Assembly (NCBI RefSeq): GCF_036321535.1
Contig: NC_087437.1
Span: forward strand, 121,086,001-121,150,000
Source of the DNA: Camelus dromedarius
Taxonomy: Eukaryota
Direction of reading: 5' to 3'
Length of the DNA stretch: 64,000 nucleotides
Every line of letters starts with the position of its first letter. Position 1 is the stretch's first letter. Below the pieces are notes generated by a model. That model saw only the letters and a list, made by a program, of their open reading frames with translations, was not told the origin of the DNA and searched no databases. The position numbers were made by a program, and so were the translations under genes. Positions 34,981 to 47,211 of this stretch are shown one piece after another.

Positions 34981-36399
34981 TATCCCTTCTCTCCCCTTCC
35001 ACTGGTTAAAAAAGGAAACAGAAAGTAAAAAAGCAACGATGGAGCACGCACGGGAAACCGGCCCCTGCCTCCCTCATGCTCAGACCTTCTACTTCACTCG
35101 TTTTAAAGGCGGTCAGGGGTGTGGAGTGAGGCCGGGCCGCTGGGCTTTGACCGGGCCCGAGGCTCTCCGGGCTGGAGCGTGGGCAGTCCACGGGGTAGCC
35201 CGGTGGCCAAAGACCGCATGAGACCGGGCCACGGAGGCCGCAGGGGAGGCACGGAATGTCACGACCCCAGCAACAACCGGCAAACGTAACGGTGCTCCCA
35301 GGCCGCTCACACACATGGATGCTTTGAAATCTGCACCCGTCTGTAGCGCCCAGTGTTCTCCAAAGTCTGCTTTGGCCCCTGGGAGTCAAGGGTTCTCAAA
35401 ATGTGTGACATTTCCAAAGGGCCAAGCAGAGAGGACGGAGAGGACAGTGAGGACTGTGGCCTTGGCGCCCAGCTGCCCCAGGCCCCGCCGGGTCCCCCAG
35501 CCCCTGCACCTGCCTCCTTGGAGGCGCCGTCTCTCCATCAGCAGTAGGAGATGGTACCCCCTTCCTTGTGGGGCCGCGGGAGGGACTGGGAATGTTGTGG
35601 GGCAGACAGAAGGTGCTCCCCAAGGTGGATTGCATCGCAACTCGGTTGAAGACGGACTCCCCGAACCTGACACGCGGTCAGCCCTGTGCTGGGCCACTTT
35701 TTAGATCAGTGTTTGACCTCCCACCTGAGTTTGTCGGAGGATGTGTTTACACAAGAAGGCAGATGCCGGGGTGGCCAAGTAGGTCTCTTAAGTAAGAGCC
35801 CCGCGGCTCGAGAACACCTGGCGTTAAGCTCACTTTACATGGGCAGGCAGCGTCCGGGACGCCCCCATCAGCGGGCGCAGCAGAGGCCCCATGCAGCGCG
35901 GGAGCGGATCCGCCTCCCGGCCCCACACCGGCTGCTCCAACCTGAACCTTCCTGTCTCACTTTTCTTGAATGTTGTCTGTTGGGTCCAGCAACCGCCCGG
36001 CCTTGCCAGGCGTGTGGACATTCAGGAGATGAGAGACAGCACTCCTGTCATGGCGGGGCTGGCATGGGGACAAGGGGATTTGGACAGGATGCTCTGCCGC
36101 CTGCAGGGTGCCACCCAGGGAAGTCGTCTCCATTGATCCCAAATGCCTCCTCCCAGTCTTCTGCCAGGAGCAGAGGTGGGCGAGGTGAGGATGGAGGGGC
36201 AGCCCCCGCCCCAGGGGACCTTTGTGATAAAACACTCCTGCCAGGCGTGATTAGCCTGCAGACAGCCAGCCTCCCCTCATCTCACATCCTCCTGGCGAGT
36301 GAAGACATGAACAGAGTCTGATGACTCGGCTGCCGTGGCCTTAGGCTGCAGGAGGTGGAAGTCCAAACACTCTGAGGCTCGGCTGCCTTCAAACCCAGC

Positions 36400-39228
36400 T
36401 GAGTGTGCGTCTTCCTGACGCTGTGACCCTTCAGACTTGTGTATGAATCAGGAGTCATGGGATCGGAGCGAAAGGGGCCGTGGAGAAGGGCCCATTCAAA
36501 GCCTCCAGTCATAGACTGGGACGGTCGGCACAGAGAGGACTCATAGGTGCAGCTAAAAGGGCAGGAAGTGGTGGGTACTAAGGGGTCCCACGGAAAAGAA
36601 GAAAGGTCCTGAATCAACCATCCATCCAAGCTCCGACTGCAGAACTTTGCAGAAGGAGAGCAAAGGAAATCCACAGAGGGCAGACGGGAGGACGTGGGGG
36701 CCATTGAAAGCTGGTTCTTTGAGGAGATCAATAAAATTGATGACCTTCTAGGCAGACTGGCCAGGGAGAAAAACAAGAAGAAACAAGTTACCAGCGTCAA
36801 GGACAGAAATATGGGACATCACTGAACACTCTTCAGCAGTTAAGAGGATAATGAGGGGCTCTACAAACATCCCCACACCCGTGCATTCACAACCTTAGAT
36901 GGAACGGGCCTCCTCCCTGATGGGCGCAAACTGGGATCCAGCAGGACCCCGGGGGGCCTTCCCGGGACAGAGCCACCCCCCGCCCCTCCCCGTCCTCCGC
37001 CTGCCTCCTGTTAGTAGAAGAACTTCAGCCTCCCGGGCTTCCCTGAGTTCTAAAGAAAAAGGTAATCAGAGAAGTGAGAAAATGCAGAAACAAGAAAAGC
37101 CATCAAGCACGACAAGATAACAAGAGTTTAACCATCAGACAAAGTCAAGGACTTCGGTTCCTCCTCCAGGGCTGGAGATAACATTCTGAGCCATGACCTC
37201 CTTTGGGCTGTTCTGCAGCTACTGAAGCCCCGCCAGGTGGAGGAAGCTGACTGCACACTGCCCCCCGGCACGCAGACCCCAGACCAGCTGGACCCAGAAG
37301 GTGGATGATGCTGACTCCTGAGGACCTCACCACCCGCCAGTCAGAAGGGTGTCCACGAGCTGATCACGCCCCACCCCACCCCCCGTCCCGTCTTTAAAAA
37401 CCTCCCCCTGAAAGCCTTCGGGAGTTCGGGCCTTTTGAGCACTAGCTGCCCATTCTCCTCGCTGGGCGCCTGCAATAAACACTGTGCTTTCCTCCACCAC
37501 CACCCGGGATCGGTAGGTTGGCTTCACTGCACGGGGGCAAGCGGACCCGAGTTTGGTTTGTTAACAAAACTATAGAAACTCACAAAAGAGGAAACAGATA
37601 ACTGGAATGTCCTATATGTCTCAAAGAAAACTCCAGTTTCTTAGCAATTTCTACCAAACATTTAAAGAAGAAAAAATGCCCACTCTACATCAACTCTTAC
37701 AGAAACTGGAAAAGAAGCTTGTCAACTTCTTTGATGAGGACAATATTATCCAAAACCAAAGACATCACAGGGAAAGAGGCCTACAGACCAGTGTCCTCAT
37801 GAAGCCAGACGTGACAATCCCGAACAGAACGTCAACCAGTCACACCCAGCAACACGGGCGGCAGACAGCACGTCACACCCGGGTGGGGTTTATCCATCAG
37901 CTCAAGACCGAATCGACACTCAGGAATCAATCAGTGTGGGTACTAGCTTCCCAATTTCCTGTGAATCTGTAACTGCTTCCAAAAAAAGTTTTAAAAACTC
38001 AGTTAATGTAATTCACCATATTAACAGACTTACAAAGAAAACTGTATAATCATCTCAATAGATGCATAAAAAGCATTTCATGAAATCCAACAACCATTCA
38101 TGATAAAGCCTCCAGCGACAGAAGGCGAGGAGCCTGAGAAGGCTGATCTAGGAAGCCGCAGTGAGCATGAACCTCAGCGGTGAACACTGAGGTGCCCCCC
38201 GAGTTCAGGCATGTGCTGGTTTCTGTGTGTGCCTCCTTGCTCTGCCCGCCACACGGCCTGGGGGAGCGACACTCGCCAGCAGCAAGCACACCCGGCTCCA
38301 GGTCTGGTTTCTAGAGACCATCACCGACTACAAGGGAGCAGGGCTCCCTGGAGAAGTGGTTGATTCCAGGGGTGCTGGATGGGTCCAAGAGCCAAACGGC
38401 CTAGATGTCAAAGATGGGTCATCGTCCCAAAGCTGGAACAATTTGAACAAGAAAATAAATAATGATAACACTGCAGTAGTAGAATGCAATGAAATAAACA
38501 TGCTTTAGTCCACGTTGAAACAAACAGCAGAGCAAACAAGTAAGTAGAGGAGGAGGGGCAGCTCTTCCTCAGAGAAGAGCCGTAACTAACAAGCGGAGGT
38601 GGAACGTGGCACAGAGACGCGCCATCCCCACGCCAGCCGCCACTGCTGGAGGCACCGCCCCCGAGGGGCCTGACACCTCAGGGCAAGCGTTCCAGCAGAA
38701 CCAGGATACTTGCAAAGTCTCAGAGAATCCCCCAAAACTTATTAATTTGGGGGAGAAATCGTCACATCCTCAGAGACAAGACAGGTCAGCACCGTGGACC
38801 CCTGCGTCACCGGGCGCATTACTTGTGGGTTCTTCCCCCGGGTATGAACGGCCCAAGTCCCATCGTGAGAAACGTCAGGCAAACCCAGGCGGAGGGGCGG
38901 TGTGCAACACACCGCGTCAGCGCCCTGCAGAAGCGTCCCGGCCGCAGAAGCCCCGGAAGCTGTGAGCAGCTGTCGCAGACCAGAGCTGATGGGGGGTCTG
39001 ACGGGTGTCCCTGGCGGAACAGAGGGCAGACACGCGGGGGAAGCGGTGAAGCGGGCAGCAGCCTGTCCTTAGTGAGCAGCAACACCCCGACGCTGATTTC
39101 TAAGACCCGGTCGTCGATCTGGGGTCACGGGAGATGCTAACGCTGGACAAGGCTGGGGCCGGGGCACGCGTGAATTCTCTGTGCCCTTTGTATAATTATT
39201 CCGTAAAAGAAACCAAAAAAAAAAAAAA
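36400..39228 (+). mobile_element. Fragmented old L1 (ORF2 and L1MC/MD-type 3' UTR) interrupted by an LTR
   Basis: aaagctggttctttgaggagatcaataaaattga, taatcatctcaatagatgcataaaaagcattt and a terminal A-run at 39215-39228. Confidence 0.7.
36918..37566 (+). mobile_element. ERV1-type solo LTR (about 650 bp) inserted in L1 ORF2
   Basis: Begins TG, ends AACA, has TTTAAAAA near 37393 and AATAAA at 37474; L1 sequence resumes immediately after. No clean TSD seen. Confidence 0.7.
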
Positions 39229-39419
39229 TCATCCCACGATCTCAAGCCGTGCTGGACCCTCAGAAGTCACATGTCTGCTCCAAACCTGGCAGGGCACTTG
39301 CTCCCCGCACCCTGCCCTTCACCGCTGTCCCAGAGAAAGGAGAAGGGACACCTGCTCAACTCTCCTTCCATCCCAGGCTCCGTCCCCGTGTCAGCCTCAG
39401 AGCAAGGACAGTACAGCTT

Positions 39420-39855
39420 AGGGGATGAATCGTGTCCCCAAAGGCTACTTCAGCTCCAACCCCCAGTACCTGTGCGTTTAGCCTTACTTGGAAATACTGT
39501 CTTTGCAGATGTAGCCAAGGTAAAATGAGGTCACTGGGGTGGTCCCTAATCCATGCTGACTGGTGTCCATATAAAAAGGGGACATTGGACAGATACACAC
39601 ACACACGGAGAACAACACCCTGTGAAGGCGAAGGCAGAGACTAGGGTGATGCATCTAAAAGCCAGGGAAATGAAAGGTTGCCAGCAGAGCCGCAGGAGCT
39701 GCAGGACAGTCTGTGACAGCCTCCCTCAGCTAGGAGGAACCAGCCAGCCCACAACTTGCCCTTGGGCATCTGACCTCCAGACTGAGAGAGACACGTTTCT
39801 GCTGTGGGAGCTGGTCCCCTGCGGCACGGTGCCTGCTGCCCTGGGACGCTGATCC
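39420..39855 (+). mobile_element. MLT1 (MaLR) solo LTR
   Basis: ttggaaatactgtctttgcagatgta...aaatgaggtcactggggtggtccctaatcc...ctggtgtccatataaaaagggg...gacctccagactg. Confidence 0.85.
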
Positions 39856-40242
39856 AGCTCCACGTCCAGAGCATGACTCAACTCATCTTTGTTTAGAACC
39901 AAATAAACCTCCTCTCTGCCACAGAGGCATGTGACCTTGTGCTGCCGGGGCACCCCCGGCTGCGCTCACCCCGACCTGGGGCCGGGATCCAACCCCGGTT
40001 GTGCTCTCCGCCTCAGCCCCGTGACACGGGCTAAAACAACACGGTAACTGACACTCCACTCCAGGCTTTCTTTCTAGGACTGAAAACAAGTGAAGCCGCC
40101 CCAAGCCAATTTTAAGAGCTTTGGGAGCTGAGCAACTCCTGGAACGAAAACAGTTCCTGCTTGTTCTCTGGACCTGCTCTCGACATCAGCCAGGAAGACA
40201 GGGCATGAGCCTCCCCGGGGAAAACACACTCACCCGGGAGGG

Positions 40243-40249
40243 TATAAAA
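40243..40249 (+). promoter_or_regulatory. TATA box (TATAAAA) of KRTAP10 copy 3
   Basis: GGGTATAAAAG about 85 nt upstream of the ATG. Confidence 0.8.
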
Positions 40250-40331
40250 GCCCACAGCCTGAGCACCTCACCCACACTCACACACACACTCACCCACACA
40301 CTCACCCTCCTCCAGCCCCACCGCCCCCACC

Positions 40332-40937
40332 ATGGCCGCGCCCGCCCTGTCCACCTGCTCCGGTGACCTGAGCTACGGCAGCTGGGTCTGCCTGCCCGGT
40401 CCCTGTGACTCCTGCACCGGCTCCTCCTGGCAGGTGGACGACTGCCCAGAGAGCTGCTGCGAGCCCCCGTGCTGCGCCCCGGCCCCCTGCCTGAGCCTCC
40501 TCTGCGCCCCAGCGAGCTGTGAGCCCTGTCCCTGCCCATCTGCCTGCACCAGCTCCTGCACAGCCTTGTGCTGCCCGCAGTCTAGCTGCCAGCCCTCCTG
40601 CTGCACCTCCTCCCCCTGCCAGCAGGACTGCTGTGAGCCTGTGTGCTGCAGGCCTGTGTGCTGCAGGCCCGTGTGCTGCACACCCGTGTGCTGCAGGCCC
40701 GTGTGCTGCAGGCCCGTCTGCTGCAGGCCCGTGTGCTGTGAGCCCACCCCCTGCCCCTCGTCCTGCTGCAGACCCTCCTCCTGCGTGTCCCTGCTCTGCC
40801 GCCCCGTGTGCAGACCCGCCTGCTGTGCCCCTGTCCCCTCCTGCCAGCCCAGCTGCTGCCGCCCGGCCTCCTGCGTGTCCCTGCTCTGCCGCCCCAGGTG
40901 CTCCCGCCCCATCTCCTGCGTCCCCGACTCAGCCTAG
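40332..40937 (+). CDS. KRTAP10: Keratin-associated protein 10 family, copy 3 (201 aa; TSPEAR intron 1, antisense to host)
   Basis: Intact Cys-rich ORF with six CC(R/T)PV units; Kozak accATGG. Confidence 0.93.
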   Translation: MAAPALSTCSGDLSYGSWVCLPGPCDSCTGSSWQVDDCPESCCEPPCCAPAPCLSLLCAPASCEPCPCPSACTSSCTALCCPQSSCQPSCCTSSPCQQDCCEPVCCRPVCCRPVCCTPVCCRPVCCRPVCCRPVCCEPTPCPSSCCRPSSCVSLLCRPVCRPACCAPVPSCQPSCCRPASCVSLLCRPRCSRPISCVPDSA

Positions 40938-42699
40938 AAGTCCTGCTGCTGACTGGCCCATTCCCCCCTGGGCCAGCCGGGCTCATATCCCACCCTGACT
41001 TGGTCCCCAGCTTCTCCCCAGTCGGGTCCTGACCTGTATTAAGTGGCTGACCCACTCAGCACAGGGTCAAGTCTGACAGCCACATCCTGGTTTGCTCCAA
41101 CTCTCAGGCCATTTCCGTGTCTGCAGTCCAGTCCTCTTCTGAGCTGGAAGGTGTGGAAAAACTCCAAGACCATCTAAATACTGCGGCTCGGGGGGGGGGG
41201 CTCCCAGGAAGCCCCCCTGGCCATGGCCCCCTGCCAGTTCTGCCTCTTGCGAGGGTGAGCTCAGCCTCCCTCTGTGGTGTCTGTCCCTCAGCTCAGTGAC
41301 TCTGGACTCTTAAGCAAACCGCCCATAAACGCCTCGTCCTGCGCACAGTACGATGTCCGTGTGTTCGTGCGATTATTCCTCAGCTTAACCTCGCATCCCC
41401 TTTCCCTCCACACAAGTCTCTGCCCTCCTGCAGGGCCCTGTGCTGTCTCCTTGGCTGCGGGGGTCCCGACAGGGGTGCCGAGGGTGGGGTCGGCTTTGCA
41501 GCCCGGGGTCACTTGGGCCCTCTTGGGAGCACCCTTCCCCCTCCTGCGTGTCATTCACTGAATAGTTATTTTCCTTGATTTGACTCTGTAACTTCCTCCC
41601 CGCAGACATTTTTCCACGGGGCCTGTGCACACAGGGCACCACTGAACCTCAGGTGGAACTGGGCTTGGTGATGTCTCTCCTGGAGCCCAGAGCCCAAAAA
41701 AGTTACACTGAGGTTCCTCATGTCCCTCCAGGAGCCGCTGCTAGGGCTCCTATTTGGAGAATGTTGGCTGCCTGGGCCAGTCCCCGGGGCAATGGGCGTG
41801 TCTCAGGCGGGGCCTAAACTTAGCTGGAGTGTTTCCCAGAGTGGAAGGAGGCAGACTCAGCTTCAGAGTCAGAGTAGATCTTGAGAAGTCAAAGCGGGGA
41901 GTCAGAGGTTGGACTGGAAGAGAGACAGAGCGCCCAGACAGGCAGGCAGCCTTCACTTCGGGCCATCACGCACCTGACTCATCCTCCCCCCGTAAGTCAT
42001 TAGAAAGTGGGACAAAAGGTATGAAACACTTGTTTTCAGACATTGGCCAACTGATGGTGCGGAGCTTGGGACACAAAGAGGGGAGCCCTGAGATTGCCCC
42101 GCTCACTGGCCGAGAGTCTCCCAGACGCGGCACAAGGGGTGGTGGGCGCACATGATATGCATGGTGGCTTTGCTGAGCTGAAGGGACTAGAATGAGTTCA
42201 AGGAGGCTGAGGCAGCTGGGCTGTAGGCAGGCGCAGGAGAGGAGGGAGAGGTGCAGAGAAAAGCTCCCCGGGGTCCCCTTGAGTTCTTTGCTGAATATGA
42301 AGCCCTGCATTCGAAGCTCAGAACCATGGAGCTGTCAAAAACAACTGTGCGTCACTAAGGTGAACTGTCGCTAGAGCTTACGTGAGGCAAGGGACAGCAG
42401 AGTTCCGAACCGCCAGAGTGGAGAGAACTCGCGGGCACCAGAGACACTCAGCACAGACCCAGAGGCATCACTGCTTAGAAACCCGCCTAGGAGTAAGGCT
42501 TCCCTGGGTCCGTCCTGACAAAGCTCGGCAGTGAGCATGGAGGCCAGGGGAGCATCGGGCCGGCCACGGCGTAACTGCTGGACGGACTCGGGTCCAGCAC
42601 TCCTCAGAGGGAGGAGACCAGCTGTCGCACCCACTGCCATATTATTTCATTAAAGCCCAGCCTTCCATGAAAGGTTACTAGGCGCGTGAAAAAGAGATG

Positions 42700-45560
42700 T
42701 TACCCACGGCCAAGAGACAAGACAGTCGGTGGAAACAAACCCAGAAGTGAGAGTGGGTGGAATTAGCAGACAAGGCAGTTAAAACAACCACTATGAGTAT
42801 GTTCAGGGATTTAGAGGAAAACAGGAACACGATGAGTGAGGAGAGGAGTGGAAGCTATGAAGAGAGCTCAGTGGAACTCCAAAGAGGAAAAACGCAGCGC
42901 CAGCAACACAAAAATAAAACGATGAGCTTAAAGGGAGATTAGGCACTGCAGATAAAGGGTCAGTGACCCTGAAGACATCGCCACAGAAGTTATCCAAACC
43001 GAAGGACACAATGAAAAAATAAAAATAAAAGACTTACAGAGCTCTAGTGAGCTGAGTCTAACATGCATGTAATTGCAGTACCTGGGGGGGGAAGTGTGGA
43101 GTCGGGAAGAGCAGAAAGTATTTTAGGAGATAATGGCCAAATATTTCCTGAAATTAATGAAATTATTAAGCATATAGAAAATTTGAAAACTACTAGAAAC
43201 TAATCTGATCTAATTGGCATTTATACAACATGCCATCCCAACAACAGAATGCACATCTTTTCAAGTGCATATGGAACATTCACCAAGATAAGTCCCATGC
43301 TGGCCAAAACAGGTCTCAGTATAGTTAATACGACTGAAATCATACAGAGAAGGTTATTTGACCACAAAAGAATCAGAAACTGTCAACAGAAAGATATCTA
43401 GAAAAATTTCCAATATTAAGAAATTAAACATCACACTTCAGAATAATCCATGAGTCAAAGAAGAAATCAGGATAAAAATTAGGAAATATTTTGAATAAAA
43501 TAAAAGTGAACCTTGTGGGATGCAGCTAACAGAGTGAATAGAGGGAAGTGCGTAGCTTCAATAACTTAGAGAAGAAGGAAGAACTAAAACCAAAGCTTCT
43601 ACCTTAAGAAGCAATAAAGAAGCACACAGGTTAAACCCAAAAATAAGCAGAGGGAAGGAAGTAATCCAGAAGTGCAGAAATCTACCAAACAGAAAATGGG
43701 CAAGCGAGAGGGAAGATGAATGAAACCGAGTTTAGTTGTTTGAAAAGATCAGTAAAGCTGGTGAATTTCTAGCTTCACCACTAAGGAAAAAGGGAGAAAA
43801 GAAACAAGTTGCCAGCGTCAGGAATGACTTTCTTAAAGGGGGATCGGCACAGAGGCTGCAGACGTTCAAATAACAAAGTGGGAAGGCAGGCAACGTTGTG
43901 CTGACGCGCTCAACAACTTAGGTGCCTTAGAGGAAACCGACAAGCAACTGGAAAGATATAAACTACAAAAATGAACACAAGGAGAAACAGAAAACCTGAA
44001 TAGCCCTCTATCAATTGAAGATATTAAATTCACAATTGAAATTCTCCCACAAAGAACACGCTGAGTCCAAACAGCTTCACTGTTGAAAGTCCTCAGGGAC
44101 AGACAGAAAAAGCTGATAGAATCCATAGGCGGAGTATCGAGGTTAGAGGATCCAGAACCCAATTCTCTTTCTACACAGTAGCAGGGAATAGTTGGAAAAG
44201 CAGTAAACATACCACTAACTAAAACATTAAAAATGAAACAACAGAGAAACTGAACGTACGTGCAAGGTCCAGGGACTAAAAATGACAAATATTGCTGGAA
44301 AAAAAAAGCGGTCCTAGTGACTGCAGACTTGTATTAGGTTATGAATTGACAGGCTTGATACTGTTAAAATGTCAGTCCTTCCAGTTTATCTACAGGCTTG
44401 ATGCAATTACAATAAAACCCAGCAGACTTTTCTGTAGAAACCAATGAGCTGATTTTAAAATACATTCTACTCCCCTGAAACAAACAAACAAATAAATATA
44501 AAATATATTCTAAAATCTATAGGGAAATGTAAAGGATCTAAATTAGCCAACCAATTTTGAAAAAGAAAAACAGAATTGGAAGACTTAACATTGCCTGATT
44601 TCAACACTTAATTTAAAGCTAAATTAATCAGACAGTGTGTAATTGGTGTAAATAAAAAACACAAAAAAATGGGGCAGAACAGAAGGTCCAGAAGTAGGTC
44701 CACATGTACACATGGTCAGTAGACTTCTTGGCAAGGGAAGTTCAGCAGAACGACTCACAGAACATTCAAACATTAACTTGGAATGGATCGTAGAACTAAC
44801 ATGAATGTTACAGCCAGGACATATTTAGATGAAAACAGAGGACAAAGTCTGTATGACCTTGGACTTAGGTAAAGATTTCTTAGAACCACTGAAGAAAAAG
44901 TGATAACGTGGATCTGATCAAAATGAAAGATGCCAGCTCTTCGAAAAGCACTGTTAGGAAAATGAAAAGGCTGCTGACGGGGAGATTTGCGACACCTGCT
45001 CCTGACAAGTTGCTGACGTCCCGAACACATGAAGACTGCTTGCAGCTTAACGAGAAGAACACAATCTGTTTCTGAGCGACGGGCAGAGGTTTTGAACAGG
45101 CACATCACTGAAGAAGAGACACAAAAGGCAGGGAAACTGACCCCGCCCTCAGTCACCAGGAAAACACGAACATCACGAAACAGGACACACACCCTGTGGC
45201 CCGGCAGCCCTGCCCCTGGTGTCTACCCCGGGGTCACATGTCCTATGCCGGGTGCCATGTTTGTCGTGGCTTTATCTGTAGTCACCAACACCCAAACACA
45301 CTGCAAGGGTGCATGGCTGAGCTGTGTCCAAGCGATACAGCACCGCTCAGCAGCTAAGAAGGCATCAGCTACTGATGCAGACAATGAACGAGACCCACGA
45401 ACAAAGCCAGAGCGGCGGGACCCCTTCCAGGGATGCCGAGCAGCGGCTGCCGGGTCCGCGGGCAGAGGGCGGCGACGGGACAGGACGTGGGCGGGGAAGC
45501 CCTGGATGGAGGCCGCAGCACGGAGACCTGTTTCAACAACCATCACACTGTACAATTCCA
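42700..45560 (+). mobile_element. Long degenerate L1 (ORF1, ORF2 EN/RT pieces, 3' UTR)
   Basis: AT-rich block with catatggaacattcaccaagata, aatcagaaactgtcaacagaaag, aatagccctctatcaattgaaga, gaattggaagacttaacattgcctgatttcaa and gtatgaccttggacttagg; many stops and deletions. Confidence 0.85.
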
Positions 45561-46286
45561 CTGGGAGTACATCGTACCCTGACAAAGCTGATTTTAAATA
45601 GAAGTGGTGGGTGAGACACGGGTCTGAGGGTGGAGGGACAAATGTGAGCAGGGACCAATGCGGACGGGGCACGTGGCATGTGTGGGAGGTGGCTGGGGCC
45701 GTGGGGGACGAGGCTGAGCCTCCCCAGAGTGAAAGGGGCTCCCTTTTCCCGGACACAGGCCTCTGGAGAGTGAGGGGCCCACGGCGGGGAAGGCAGTGCC
45801 TGGTCCCTGGCGCGGGCTTGAGGGGGGCTGAGTGTGTCTGATCTTCTACAGGCTGGGGACAGCGTCCACTTTCTGCAACACTCCCGGCCCCTGCACAAGG
45901 GTGACGTCTTGGGGTATTTCTGCCCTTGTTAAAACGAGCCGTCACTTCGTCCCAGTGCCGTCCTCACCTCAGGGTGGGCTGCTGTGGGGCCCTTCAGTGC
46001 ACAGAGGCCTGACGTGGGTGCTGGCAGGTCACAGGGAGGCCCTGCAGCTGAGACCCCCATGTCCTTCACACCCCCAGACGGATCGAGCCCTCCCAGATGG
46101 GAGCCTCAGGGCACTGCCCGGGTCACTGGGTCCTGCAGGCCCTGTGGCTGCTCCTTAATGTTTTGTTCACACATCTCAGATGCTCACTCCCAGAATTATC
46201 TGTGGCTGGAGGAGCCCACCCCAGCTCAAAACCATGTGTTTCTCCCCAGGAACACCACCACAAGGAAGCAAATCAGGTGAAGTGAG

Positions 46287-46292
46287 TTTATT
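46287..46292 (-). terminator. AATAAA poly(A) signal of KRTAP10 copy 4
   Basis: About 300 nt after the stop. Confidence 0.7.
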
Positions 46293-46591
46293 CCTCCGGG
46301 TGCCTGAGGAGGTGCTGACAGGCTGGAAGCCGAGGCCAAGAGACCCAGGCAGAGAAAGGGGGAGGGGGGACAGGTGATCCAGAGGCGATGAAGGCACCTC
46401 CTGGGAGGCAGGAGCCCCGAGGCACAGAGAGGTCTGGGGTTCCTGGGAGCAGGGGTCAGGTCAGGACAGTGGAGACATAGCAGGACTCTGTCCTGAGTGG
46501 GGACAGTCACCAACGCAGGTCAGGACTGGGGAGGCTGTGGACCTAGAGCCCGGCTGGCCCTGGGGGTCGGGCCTGGTCAGCAGCAGGACTT

Positions 46592-47122
46592 CTAGGCTGA
46601 GTCGGGGACGCAGCAGGTGGGGCGGGAGCACCTGGGGCGGCAGAGCAGGGACACACAGGAGGAGGGTCTGCAGCAGGACGAGGGGCAGGGGGTGGGCTCA
46701 CAGCACACGGGCCTGCAGCAGACAGGCCTGCAGCACACGGGCCTGCAGGAGACAGGTGTGCAGCACACGGGCCTGCAGCAGACAGGTGTGCAGCACACGG
46801 GCCTGCAGCAGAGGGGCACACAGCAGTCCTGCTGGCAGGGGGAGGAGGTGCAGCAGGAGGGCTGGCAGCTAGACTGCGGGCAGCACAAGGCCGTGCAGGA
46901 GCTGGTGCAGGCAGATGGGCAGAGGCAGGGCTCACAGCTCGCTGGGGCGCAGAGGAGGCTCAGGCAGGGGGCCGGGGCGCAGCAGGGGGGCTCACAGCAG
47001 CTCTCTGGGCAGTCGTCCACCTGCCAGGAGGAGCCGGTGCAGGAGTCACAGGGACCGGGCAGGCAGACCCGGCTGCCGTAGCTCAGGTCGCCGGAGCAGG
47101 TGGACAGGGCGGGCGCGGCCAT
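46592..47122 (-). CDS. KRTAP10: Keratin-associated protein 10 family, copy 4 (176 aa; TSPEAR intron 1)
   Basis: Intact Cys-rich ORF with seven pentapeptide units; lacks the 30-aa module; Kozak accATGG. Confidence 0.93.
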   Translation of the reverse strand: MAAPALSTCSGDLSYGSRVCLPGPCDSCTGSSWQVDDCPESCCEPPCCAPAPCLSLLCAPASCEPCLCPSACTSSCTALCCPQSSCQPSCCTSSPCQQDCCVPLCCRPVCCTPVCCRPVCCTPVSCRPVCCRPVCCRPVCCEPTPCPSSCCRPSSCVSLLCRPRCSRPTCCVPDSA

Positions 47123-47204
47123 GGTGGGGGCGGTGGGGCTGGAGGAGGATGAGTGTGTGAGTGAGAGTGTGAATGTGAATGTGTGAGGTGTTCAGGCTGT
47201 TGGC

Positions 47205-47211
47205 TTTTATA
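47205..47211 (-). promoter_or_regulatory. TATA box (TATAAAA) of KRTAP10 copy 4
   Basis: GGGGTATAAAAG about 85 nt upstream of the ATG. Confidence 0.8.
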
